Assembly: GCA_001179505.1 (NCBI GenBank)
Contig: CDMY01000647.1
Location: 1-36,896 of the forward strand
From: Vitrella brassicaformis CCMP3155
Taxonomy: Eukaryota; Protista; Chromerida
Length of the DNA: 36,896 bases
Reading direction: 5' to 3'
The notes under the pieces are model-generated. The model searched no databases. It was not told where the DNA came from and saw only the letters and a program-made list of their open reading frames with translations. A program made the position numbers and the translations under genes. This document shows, piece after piece, positions 12,041 through 21,228 of this stretch (the first letter of the stretch is position 1; each line of letters begins with the position of its first letter).

Positions 12041-12199
12041 GAAGGGTGCTCATTGTGAAAGAACGCGACCGAGTGAGGAGCTGCTGCTTGGTGTGTGAGA
12101 GGCTCTCACATGGGCGGTTCACATTTGCTTTTGATCAGCCGGTCGGGCTGCTTCTCTGCAATTTTATGTATGTGGGTCAACTGCCAAATGGGGGCCTGC

Positions 12200-12671
12200 T
12201 GCTACAGGGTGGCATGAAATGACACACGGAAAGTGAACACAAGGAAGAAACATGACGTAGAAGGACATTTCGCCTCGCTGCTGATGATATACCGCTGCGC
12301 TGATGAAGGGAGGGAGATGCCAGCATCTCTCCTATGTTCCAGAATTGAAGCAGCCTAGGGTAGCCGTTTACATGAAACGTAAGTAAGGATAGCTGCCAAT
12401 TGGGGGTAGTTTGCCCTCAAATGGCAAGTGAGTTAAGGAAGGAGGAAAACGTGTGGAAGATCGAGTCAGAATCGTGAGAATGGTGATGAAAGTGAGTGAA
12501 CTGGTGTTGGACCGTTGCATCTTTGGTTCAATGTTGCTTGGTGAAGCTGTTTCATGCTCCAGTGTGGCCAGTCAGGCCCTCTGGAGGTCTGTGTAGTGTC
12601 CGTCGTTCAAACTCAAAGCGGTCACACACTACCACTAGACACCGCTCCATCTGGGAGACCGCCCCGGAGCA
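12200..12671 (+). repeat. 5' LTR (472 bp)
   Basis: Identical to 20757-21228 except one C/T difference (12278 vs 20835). Termini TGCT...AGCA. Confidence 0.97.
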
Positions 12672-12674
12672 TTC

Positions 12675-12688
12675 TGGTGCATCTGCCG
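12675..12688 (+). promoter_or_regulatory. Primer binding site, probably complementary to a tRNA-Gly 3' end
   Basis: TGGTGCATCTGCCG begins 3 nt after the LTR. Its reverse complement CGGCAGATGCA-CCA fits the TGC-A-CCA end typical of eukaryotic tRNA-Gly (identity inferred). Confidence 0.7.
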
Positions 12689-12742
12689 TGAAGCGCAATA
12701 CGCGGCTGAGTGACATCGTGTTTGAACGGTTGACTGGACACA

Positions 12743-14179
12743 ATGGCAAAGACCCGAAGTGGTCGGGATACGCAGAAGCCATCTTCTGCACGAGTGGCGA
12801 AGCCTGTTGCCAAGGCTAAGCCAAAGAAGACACTCAGTGTCAAGCGTCAGCAAGGCGCACGTGTGAAGGACCTGTTACGTCGAATGACCCGTCAATCCAA
12901 AGTGAAGTCCTCACACGATAATGTGGGCAGTGTCTCAGCGATACAAGAGGCACAGAACGAACCGAGTGTGTCAACACACACCACTGACGACACAGCAAGC
13001 ATAGTTATGCTGCCACAGGCAGCCACGAATCGAGGGGAGGGTCATATACCACACCAACCACAGCATGGCACGCAGAACAGCAGCCCAACGGATGGGCTGG
13101 CGACACAGGTTGCTGCCATGCAGCATGTATTCAAACCAACAGTGACCCTCCGCCCATTCAGTGACAAGCCGGATGAGAGCATTTCTGACTTCATCACAGG
13201 GGTCAGGGCAGCACGCGTGATCAACCCGCACCAGTCTGAAGAGCACCTCACACGAGTCGTATATGAGGCTATACAAGGGCGTGCAAGAGACAAGTTGAAT
13301 GAGTGGATCTGTTCGCAAGAGAAGGACCCGAACAGCGTGTATCTGAACGGCGATGGGCCAGCTAAACTCGAAGCTCTCTTGGGGTACTTAGAGGAGCAAT
13401 TCGGCCAGAGTAAATCCCGAGCACTCGTCCAGAATGAGAAGCTGAAAGCCTGGAAGGCGAATCCAAAGCACGACTTCAAGCAATCACTCGACGAGTTCTC
13501 TGACCTTCATCGAGGTGCCGATATGAGTGAGCAGGACGCCGTCCGTCTGTTTGTCGAGTCTCTCCCACTCGAGATGAAGCGCCACATGCTCACCAGATGT
13601 GTCGACCCCTCCACATTCGAGTTCGTTAGGAAGCTGGGGGAAGAAGCGCAAGTGGCTGTGGGACGGTTGTTGAGCAAAAAGCGTCCACACAGGCAGGATG
13701 CGAATGAAGACGAGAGCGACGCCGAAAGAACAAGGCCTTCAAGAGCCCCTCGATGCGAGATAAATGCGCTTGAGCAACGACCTGACAAGAACAAAGCCAA
13801 CCAAGTGGATGCCCCCAAGCGACGTGATGAGCCACAGCTGTCCATCGATGCCATCATGGCAGACGTGACCGCTCTTCAGGAGCAGATACGTGCCATGGAC
13901 AGGCACAAGAAGGGGACGACAGGGCCTGCATCACATGCACAGAAAGACAGCAGGCAGTGGAAAGGACGACCCGCATTTTTGGGCAGGTGTCTTTATTGTC
14001 ACTTACTTGGACACAGATGGAGGGATTGCAGGAGACGGCCACCTGATTGGGTGCCAGACGGCTGGCGGCCTTACCCAAACCGACCGCAACAGCCACGAGA
14101 ACCTGCACTGACAGGAACAAACACAGTGCCGCAGAGATCTCTCCCTGTGTCGAACCTTCCGCAGCTGGGAAACGGATGA
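12743..14179 (+). CDS. gag: Gag with CCHC zinc knuckle
   Basis: 478-aa ORF just after the PBS, containing CLYCHLLGHRWRDC (CX2CX4HX4C). Confidence 0.92.
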   Translation: MAKTRSGRDTQKPSSARVAKPVAKAKPKKTLSVKRQQGARVKDLLRRMTRQSKVKSSHDNVGSVSAIQEAQNEPSVSTHTTDDTASIVMLPQAATNRGEGHIPHQPQHGTQNSSPTDGLATQVAAMQHVFKPTVTLRPFSDKPDESISDFITGVRAARVINPHQSEEHLTRVVYEAIQGRARDKLNEWICSQEKDPNSVYLNGDGPAKLEALLGYLEEQFGQSKSRALVQNEKLKAWKANPKHDFKQSLDEFSDLHRGADMSEQDAVRLFVESLPLEMKRHMLTRCVDPSTFEFVRKLGEEAQVAVGRLLSKKRPHRQDANEDESDAERTRPSRAPRCEINALEQRPDKNKANQVDAPKRRDEPQLSIDAIMADVTALQEQIRAMDRHKKGTTGPASHAQKDSRQWKGRPAFLGRCLYCHLLGHRWRDCRRRPPDWVPDGWRPYPNRPQQPREPALTGTNTVPQRSLPVSNLPQLGNG

Positions 14180-17076
14180 GTCCTCCGTGGCAGGGCGCGC
14201 GAGAGGACTCGAATCGATCAGTTGACGCCCTGAGCAAGACAACCATGAATGAATGTAATGCCATACGTGAATCTGTGAATGATGTGAATGAGTGTAGTGT
14301 CGTGCATGTACCTGATGTGTTGTGTAAAGTGCGTGAGCCGTTTGTGAAGGTGTCCATGTTGAGAGCAACTGCCGATACGTCACATATGCCCGGCCTGTCA
14401 GGATGCAACCATACAGACAGACACCCAGACAGCCAGACAGACAGACAGCCAGACACACAGATAGCCAGCAGTCCTGAGCCAGAGGATCCGAGAGGTGCGT
14501 CGGCTGCGCGACAAATGAGGTCCCCTGGTGCATCAGCGGATGGTGTGGGAGGTGCATCGCGTCTTGTATCTCCATCCCGTCAGTTGAGTGGAACTTGTAT
14601 CCCTAGTCGATCAAGCATCCCTAGTCGTCGGTCTAGCGGACCAGCTGTCACTAGTCGATCAAGTCTGTCCCGAGCCGGTGGTTGTGGGCCGCCACCGATG
14701 ACAATTGACGGAGGGCTGGAACTGCGTAACGAGGCCGGATCCAGCCAAGCCCTCGTTTGCGGCCGGCGGGAAGAGGGGACGCCTTCTTCTCCGCCTGAAA
14801 AGAGTGACGAATATGAGTGCCAGTTGAACCATATGCAATGCACTGATGATGCAGTGCAGGCGGCTCACTTACATGCATGTGAGGGAGATGTTGTGGGTGT
14901 TTTTGAGGAAGAGATGCAATGCTGCGCTGTAGAAGATAGGCGAGAGAGACGACGTGGGCTCGTGCTGACCGTTAGATGGCAGACCTACGTACGAATGAGA
15001 GCAAATGGTGTGAGAGTGGATGTGCTCGTTGATACTGGTGCCGACCTGAGTGTGATGAGCACCAAGATGCTAGACAAGCTGCGAGAGGAAGGGGACAGAG
15101 AAGTGACAATATGTCCAGGCGTCATGACGCTCAGCGTGCTACACCATGGTGAAGTGGCGGTCGAAAAGGTCGCAAGAGTCGCCTTGTGGCCTGACACAAT
15201 AGACACGCAGACAGCAGCCACCAATCCGCTGTCTGTCGATTTCTATGTCATCGATGACTCCAAATGTGTCGCCTTACTGGGAGGCAAGGCGATTCGCGAA
15301 GAAAGGTTCATCGTTGACCATGAGATCAGGAAAGTACGTGTCACATCACGACCAGAATGGCCACCTATGGACATACACGCACCACAGACATGTGGGATAA
15401 ATAGCCTGAGTGTCATGGCTTTTGGCCTGACTCGAATTGACGCACCTGCGGACGGGAAGAGATTGAGCTACCAGGTCCATATCACGGCAAAGACACCCAT
15501 CCCAGCCGGCAGGGAGACATGGGTGCTAGCACGATTGAAGGGACCTGACAGACAGATAAAAGGGGAGGTTGGTCGTCTGTTAGTGCATCCAGCACTCGCA
15601 TGCCACAGAGGCGCATGGCTTTGTGTAGATAACGAGACAAGCGAAGTGATATCCGGTCGTTGTGTGTATATCAGGATCAGCAATCCGTCACGTAAGAGGG
15701 TCGTCTTACCCAAGAATCACTTGCTGGGCTGGTTTGATGTACTCCCTTCCATGCCCACAATGCAACGACCTGTGGACGAAACGGGACGGATTGCAGCAGT
15801 CAAGGTGGCTGATGCTGATGTCGTACCTTGTGAGATTGACAGAGAGCGGATCGATCACTTGATGGCCACACAGCCACAAACAGAAGACGTCCGTAGCTAC
15901 CCAGATGCTGACGAAATCAGCCATGGGATACAAGTCGGCAAAGGCCTGACGGACCAACAGAAAGAACAGGCAGTGGATGTGATCAAAGCAGCACAACAGA
16001 CGGGCGTGTTTTCGTGCGACAAGAACGACCTTGGCCATGTCGATCCGTCTCTCGGTGCCCATCGCATCAGTGTCAGTGGCATTCCTCCGTACATGAAGCC
16101 TCGTAGGCTGGCTCAGATTGAGCATGAGGAAGCAGTGAAGATAGTGAGCGACCTGAAGAGCAGTGGTATCGTCGAAGCTGCTGATTCTGAATACAATGCA
16201 GCCATCGTAATGGTCAAGAAGAAAGATGACAGCTGGCGTCTGTGTGTGGACTATCGCTGGCTCAACGAAATCACTCAGAAGTCTCGCTACGCCCCACCTT
16301 TGATCGATCAATGTTTTGACTCCCTCCAGGGCATGTCGTGGTTCACGACGCTCGATGCGACGTCGGGCTTTTGGCAGGTCGAAGTCAGCCCAGAGGNNNN
16401 NNNNNNNNNNNNNNNNNNNNNNNNNNNNNNNNNNNNNNNNNNNNNNNNNNNNNNNNNNNNNNNNNNNNNNNNNNNNNNNNNNNNNNNNNNNNNNNNNNNN
16501 NNNNNNNNNNNNNNNNNNNNNNNNNNNNNNNNNNNNNNNNNNNNNNNNNNNNNNNNNNNNNNNNNNNNNNNNNNNNNNNNNNNNNNNNNNNNNNNNNNNN
16601 NNNNNNNNNNNNNNNNNNNNNNNNNNNNNNNNNNNNNNNNNNNNNNNNNNNNNNNNNNNNNNNNNNNNNNNNNNNNNNNNNNNNNNNNNNNNNNNNGATG
16701 GTCAGAGATGTTGCAAGACTATGACTACGTCTTTCGCCACCGACCTGGAGCACAACATGGAGACGTGGATGCAATGTCACGGCCTTCTGGCATGCAGGGA
16801 AACACTGAGCACGTACCTCTGACGAGTGACGAAGAGGCATATCAGTTGGGCGCTGTTGAGTCGCAATCGGTTGACGCCAATATCAATGCGGCTGAGCTAA
16901 GGTCCATGGATCCCAGTCCGCTATTCTATCTCGATGAGATCAAGAAAGCCCAAGACCAATGTGCCGAGGTCTCGCGCGTCAAGGCATACCTGAAGGCACA
17001 AGAGAGCAGAGCAACCAAGAAAGAGCTCGATCAGCTGCGCGATGCCATTCCCAGGGCATACACAAAGGGACGCTAG
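14047..17076 (+). CDS. pol: Pol part 1: aspartic protease, reverse transcriptase, RNase H (core in N gap 16397-16696)
   Basis: VLVDTGADLSVM (Asp at 15031), KKKDDSWRLCVDYRWLN, LDATSGFWQ, WSEMLQDYDY..HRPG..H.DVDAMSR. Confidence 0.95.
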   Translation: MGARRLAALPKPTATATRTCTDRNKHSAAEISPCVEPSAAGKRMSPPWQGAREDSNRSVDALSKTTMNECNAIRESVNDVNECSVVHVPDVLCKVREPFVKVSMLRATADTSHMPGLSGCNHTDRHPDSQTDRQPDTQIASSPEPEDPRGASAARQMRSPGASADGVGGASRLVSPSRQLSGTCIPSRSSIPSRRSSGPAVTSRSSLSRAGGCGPPPMTIDGGLELRNEAGSSQALVCGRREEGTPSSPPEKSDEYECQLNHMQCTDDAVQAAHLHACEGDVVGVFEEEMQCCAVEDRRERRRGLVLTVRWQTYVRMRANGVRVDVLVDTGADLSVMSTKMLDKLREEGDREVTICPGVMTLSVLHHGEVAVEKVARVALWPDTIDTQTAATNPLSVDFYVIDDSKCVALLGGKAIREERFIVDHEIRKVRVTSRPEWPPMDIHAPQTCGINSLSVMAFGLTRIDAPADGKRLSYQVHITAKTPIPAGRETWVLARLKGPDRQIKGEVGRLLVHPALACHRGAWLCVDNETSEVISGRCVYIRISNPSRKRVVLPKNHLLGWFDVLPSMPTMQRPVDETGRIAAVKVADADVVPCEIDRERIDHLMATQPQTEDVRSYPDADEISHGIQVGKGLTDQQKEQAVDVIKAAQQTGVFSCDKNDLGHVDPSLGAHRISVSGIPPYMKPRRLAQIEHEEAVKIVSDLKSSGIVEAADSEYNAAIVMVKKKDDSWRLCVDYRWLNEITQKSRYAPPLIDQCFDSLQGMSWFTTLDATSGFWQVEVSPEXXXXXXXXXXXXXXXXXXXXXXXXXXXXXXXXXXXXXXXXXXXXXXXXXXXXXXXXXXXXXXXXXXXXXXXXXXXXXXXXXXXXXXXXXXXXXXXXXXXXXWSEMLQDYDYVFRHRPGAQHGDVDAMSRPSGMQGNTEHVPLTSDEEAYQLGAVESQSVDANINAAELRSMDPSPLFYLDEIKKAQDQCAEVSRVKAYLKAQESRATKKELDQLRDAIPRAYTKGR
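14167..14232 (+). promoter_or_regulatory. -1 programmed ribosomal frameshift signal (slippery site plus pseudoknot)
   Basis: G GGA AAC is in the gag frame and pol is in the -1 frame. Stem 1 is 14178-14185/14203-14210; stem 2 is 14191-14197/14226-14232. Confidence 0.8.
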
Positions 17077-18951
17077 CCAAGGCTCGACGGAATTTGCTTA
17101 CACAATGGGCTTGTATCGATCGAGTCGAAACACCAAGAGCATGGTCCAGTCCTCCTCGTACCCACGTCACTGAGGAAGGAGGCGCTGACGCTGCATCATG
17201 AGCACATCTTCGGCGGCCATCTGGCAGTCGAGAGGGCATACAAACGAATGGCGCAACAATACTATTGGCCTGGTATGTATACAGACCTTCGGAAGCATAC
17301 AGAGACGTGTCAGAAGTGCCAAAGCAAACGGAAGCTGTTGGCAAGCAAAAGAGCAAGCATCCAGACAGCATCGGCCGAAAGGCCGTTCCAAAAAGTGGCG
17401 ATGGATTTTATCGGTGCTCTGCCGCCGTCTCTGGATGACAAGTCGTTTGCGCTCACCGTCCAGGATACTTTTACCAAGTGGCCAGAAGTCTACACGTTTT
17501 CGAAGGCTCCTGGCACCGGCCCGACTGGCGAGGACGTAATCGAAGCGCTCATGGATACGATAGCGAGGCACGGGATGATCGATGAGACAATCACTGACAA
17601 AGGCTCGCACTTTGTCAATGAGGCGATGCGCGAAGTGACGGCCAAGCTGCTCATCAAGCACACAACAACATCACCGATGCATCCGCAGGCCAATGGGCTG
17701 ATCGAACGCTTCAACCGTACCTTGAAGGATTGGATAAATCCGTATCTCAACAAGGAGCAAACCAACTGGGACAAAGTGATTCCCTTGGCCTTGTACGCGT
17801 ATCGTACGACGGAGCATGAGTCCACGGGATTCACGCCATTTAAGATGCTGTACGGCCGAGAAGCGGTGCATCCGAGCAGCACGGCAAGGCTGGTCGCGAG
17901 GAATGCAGAGCCAATCGACGTCAAGGAAGCCGTCGAGCTGATAAAAGAGGGTCTTCAAGCTGTCCACAAGAAAGCTCGTGAGACGATGAGCAAGAAGAAG
18001 CAGCAAGCCGCTGAGCGCGAGAAGGATTTGCCTGCACCAAGACAATTCCAGGAAGGAGACAGAGTGCGCATATACAATGATCAAGTGCCTAAGGGTCTCA
18101 GCAGAAAGCTGGCCTCACCTTGGCGGACAGTCGGCATCGTCCAGGAGAAGAAAGGACCAGTCACCTACAAGGTCCGTGTGTGTGGCGATCAAAAGGCAAG
18201 GACCATCAATGTCGATCGGCTGAAGAGAGCACCACCACCAGAAGACGAGGAAGCGCCACCACCAGAGGACGGAATTGATGTGAAGGAAAGCGACCTGAGG
18301 AGGGACAGGAGGCAGACAGTCTTCAATCAGGGCGCATTTTTGTCGCCTGGGCAAGAGAGTGTCTTGAAGGAGTTTGTCCTCCAGGAAGACCCCGTGCCGA
18401 CAGCTCGAATGTGGAGAGCATCAGAGGCTACATTCGACCCGATAGCACATGATCCGAGCCTCAGAGACGTCCAACCAGACCAGCGATTTGAGCGTGGCGA
18501 TCGATACGAAGTCGAGCAGGTCATCGGCAAGAGGACGCACCGCGGCAAGGTGCAGTACAAACTCAAATGGCGCTGGTATCCGCTCTCGCACGCAACCTGG
18601 GAGGACGAAGAGAACCTCACGTGCACAGAGCTCGTACAGGAATACGAGAACAGTGAAAACGTGCCTGACCTGGACGAGCATGCTTCGCTCTTTCCCGCGT
18701 TGTATTTTGTGGTGCGAGTCCGCCATGTAAAGGAGCTCAGTCGCGAGCACACTGTCAAGGTGACGAGGTTGGACAAGGAAGGCATACAGATACAATACCT
18801 GAGTGAACCGACGCGCACAAAGAGACAAAAGAAGGAGAGTCTCGTAGGACGGAAGCAGACGATTCCTTTGGCTAGCTTCCTTCGGAATTACCAATGGGAG
18901 AGAGAGAGTGACGATCCAACTGTGTCTGCTCCATCTGGCGGCACAGCATAG
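17077..18951 (+). CDS. Pol part 2: integrase (HHCC, DDE, GPY/F-like) plus chromodomain, same frame as part 1 after an in-frame TAG
   Basis: HHEHIFGGH...CQKC, AMDFIG, ITDKGSHF, NGLIERFNRTLK, GPVTYKV. Chromodomain YEVEQVIG...YKLKWRWY...TWEDEENL at 18505-18648. Confidence 0.95.
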   Translation, partial: PRLDGICLHNGLVSIESKHQEHGPVLLVPTSLRKEALTLHHEHIFGGHLAVERAYKRMAQQYYWPGMYTDLRKHTETCQKCQSKRKLLASKRASIQTASAERPFQKVAMDFIGALPPSLDDKSFALTVQDTFTKWPEVYTFSKAPGTGPTGEDVIEALMDTIARHGMIDETITDKGSHFVNEAMREVTAKLLIKHTTTSPMHPQANGLIERFNRTLKDWINPYLNKEQTNWDKVIPLALYAYRTTEHESTGFTPFKMLYGREAVHPSSTARLVARNAEPIDVKEAVELIKEGLQAVHKKARETMSKKKQQAAEREKDLPAPRQFQEGDRVRIYNDQVPKGLSRKLASPWRTVGIVQEKKGPVTYKVRVCGDQKARTINVDRLKRAPPPEDEEAPPPEDGIDVKESDLRRDRRQTVFNQGAFLSPGQESVLKEFVLQEDPVPTARMWRASEATFDPIAHDPSLRDVQPDQRFERGDRYEVEQVIGKRTHRGKVQYKLKWRWYPLSHATWEDEENLTCTELVQEYENSENVPDLDEHASLFPALYFVVRVRHVKELSREHTVKVTRLDKEGIQIQYLSEPTRTKRQKKESLVGRKQTIPLASFLRNYQWERESDDPTVSAPSGGTA

Positions 18952-19834
18952 CAACCGATCAGAGTGCGTGGACTGACGAGTTCCCAGCACTCTTGTAACG
19001 CTACCTGAGAGATGACAACAGCAGCAGCCACAGCATCCTTCTCTCTGTGTGCATGAAATGTGTGTGGGGTGTGTTGTGTATATGTATGTCTATGTGTATG
19101 TGTATGTGTATGTGTGTTGCATGCGCCTGACCGCGTCTCGTTGATGGTGTAATTTTAGACACGTCAACACGTCACGCGGCCTGAGCGAGAAGGGGAAAAG
19201 GGAACGGGATGAATGGGGGGCGATCAGTGACCAGAAAGATGGTATAGTACCCTTCCTTCTATGCTACTGGTGCCACCATTCACACTGGACTTACCTGGTG
19301 AGAAAGAGACGCGCTTGCTTACCTGCAAGGGGAATGGTCATCAGTCAGATGCACCCCTGAGCCTGGGACAAGGACTGGTCGTCTCTAGCCGGGCATCCGC
19401 ACTGAACTTAAGTGTACTGAGAGAGAGGAAGAGCAAGAGAGAGAATGAATTCGAAGCGAGAGGCGCATGAGTTCTCCTGAAGCAAGACCGAGCCCTTGTC
19501 AGAGACGGGTATCGGTGGAGCCAGGGCACGTTGCGAGTGCGCACCCTTGTTGGATCGTCAGTATCTGGAAAGGGATGCGTGTTTATGTATGTGTTCATGT
19601 CCGTGTACGTGTTTGTGTACGTGTATGTGCTTACGTGTCATGTGAGAGTGAGCACGCTCAGCTGGGGATGACGGTGGCAGCCACATCAAGCCACACGTGC
19701 AGTCGGATAAACACCGTCCGGCTGTGGCCACGAGAGAGATTCGGTGTACCAACCATGTCAGTCAGCATGATGGAAGAAGGGAAGAGAAGAAGAGTGGCAG
19801 TCCTTGGGAGTCGTCGGTGATCTGACGCGCGATT

Positions 19835-20321
19835 TCACACCACTTCGTCTTGGTGCTGGAGCCGCGTCCGCTGCTGGGATGCTACTTGGCCTCGGTAGCA
19901 TATCGGCCGCCCAGCCATCCCGTTGATCACCTCCTCTAGGTGCTGTATCGCTTGGACGCTCTGTCCTTGATGCCATTGCGCTAGACAGGCTTGTAGGCAC
20001 TCGAACAACAAGACGAACGTGAATCCCAGCTCCGAAGAGCCCTGAAACGACACACAGACAGGCAGAGGGCGACTTCAGCGCACAGATCTCACGAGAATGT
20101 GAATGGGGGTGCTCACCTTTTGTGTTGTTGTTGAAATGGCGATGCGATGATGCTAGAAGGTGCAGGGGGAGAAGACTGCGTGTGTGTTCTCACCGCCTCC
20201 CTGATCAGCAAAGTCGCCATCGTGTTTTTGCATGATGAGGGGTAGAGAGTGACCACAATGGGTTTCTGTGAGGCTAGAGGTAGCTCTTTGATGTCATCAA
20301 GAAGGTGGAATGAAGGGCGAG
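19835..20321 (-). CDS. Putative spliced antisense gene inside the LTR element, unknown function
   Basis: GT-AG introns 20193-20153 (41 nt) and 20116-20042 (75 nt) join three exons in phase 0 into one open frame of >120 codons. The 5' end is unresolved. Confidence 0.55.
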
Positions 20322-20744
20322 CTAAGCCCGCACACAGTGTTTACGAACGGCCGGGAGAGCAGCTCGACAATAACGAATCCCAGGCCCGCAAGCACACTCG
20401 CGAGGTGCTGCGAACGTCATGTAGCTGTGATACGAGTGATGACACACACGAATGACAGCTTCGTCAGGGTGTCAGGACTCCCACGCCTGAGAAGAAGATG
20501 CGCTCCACAGCAGCCGGTCCTGCATCCATGCGACGTCAATACGCAAACGGATGGTCATTGGTGGGTTGGGCCATTCGGATGGCGAAGCGGAGGAAGGAGT
20601 TTTTGTCACTGTCTGTGGGTTTTCTCCTTCTGTAGCCAAAGTGCATCACTCAGCGAATGTGTTGATGTGAGACGGATCATGTGTCATATTCATGCGCCTT
20701 CCACACCCTGAGCCGATAATGGTGCTGTTCGGAGCACAGCACGT

Positions 20745-20756
20745 GAAGGGAGGGAA
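20745..20756 (+). promoter_or_regulatory. Polypurine tract
   Basis: GAAGGGAGGGAA immediately precedes the 3' LTR. Confidence 0.9.
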
Positions 20757-21228
20757 TGCTACAGGGTGGCATGAAATGACACACGGAAAGTGAACACAAG
20801 GAAGAAACATGACGTAGAAGGACATTTCGCCTCGTTGCTGATGATATACCGCTGCGCTGATGAAGGGAGGGAGATGCCAGCATCTCTCCTATGTTCCAGA
20901 ATTGAAGCAGCCTAGGGTAGCCGTTTACATGAAACGTAAGTAAGGATAGCTGCCAATTGGGGGTAGTTTGCCCTCAAATGGCAAGTGAGTTAAGGAAGGA
21001 GGAAAACGTGTGGAAGATCGAGTCAGAATCGTGAGAATGGTGATGAAAGTGAGTGAACTGGTGTTGGACCGTTGCATCTTTGGTTCAATGTTGCTTGGTG
21101 AAGCTGTTTCATGCTCCAGTGTGGCCAGTCAGGCCCTCTGGAGGTCTGTGTAGTGTCCGTCGTTCAAACTCAAAGCGGTCACACACTACCACTAGACACC
21201 GCTCCATCTGGGAGACCGCCCCGGAGCA
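20757..21228 (+). repeat. 3' LTR (472 bp)
   Basis: Matches 12200-12671 and is followed by CTGC. Confidence 0.97.

Larger units (their letters stand above)
12200..21228 (+). mobile_element. Ty3/gypsy chromodomain-containing LTR retrotransposon, near full length (part of RT/RNase H lies in an N gap)
   Basis: Direct LTRs with TG...CA ends, CTGC duplicated at 12196-12199 and 21229-21232, PBS, PPT, gag, and pol in PR-RT-RH-IN-chromodomain order. Confidence 0.97.

Noticed and set aside
12496-12819. ORFs 12496-12819 and 21053-21319 as genes
   Set aside because: They are identical starts within the two LTRs, with no protein-like features.
13042-18990. Minus-strand ORFs overlapping gag/pol
   Set aside because: They are shadow frames of long GC-rich coding sequence with no motifs or splice support, unlike the 19835-20321 model.
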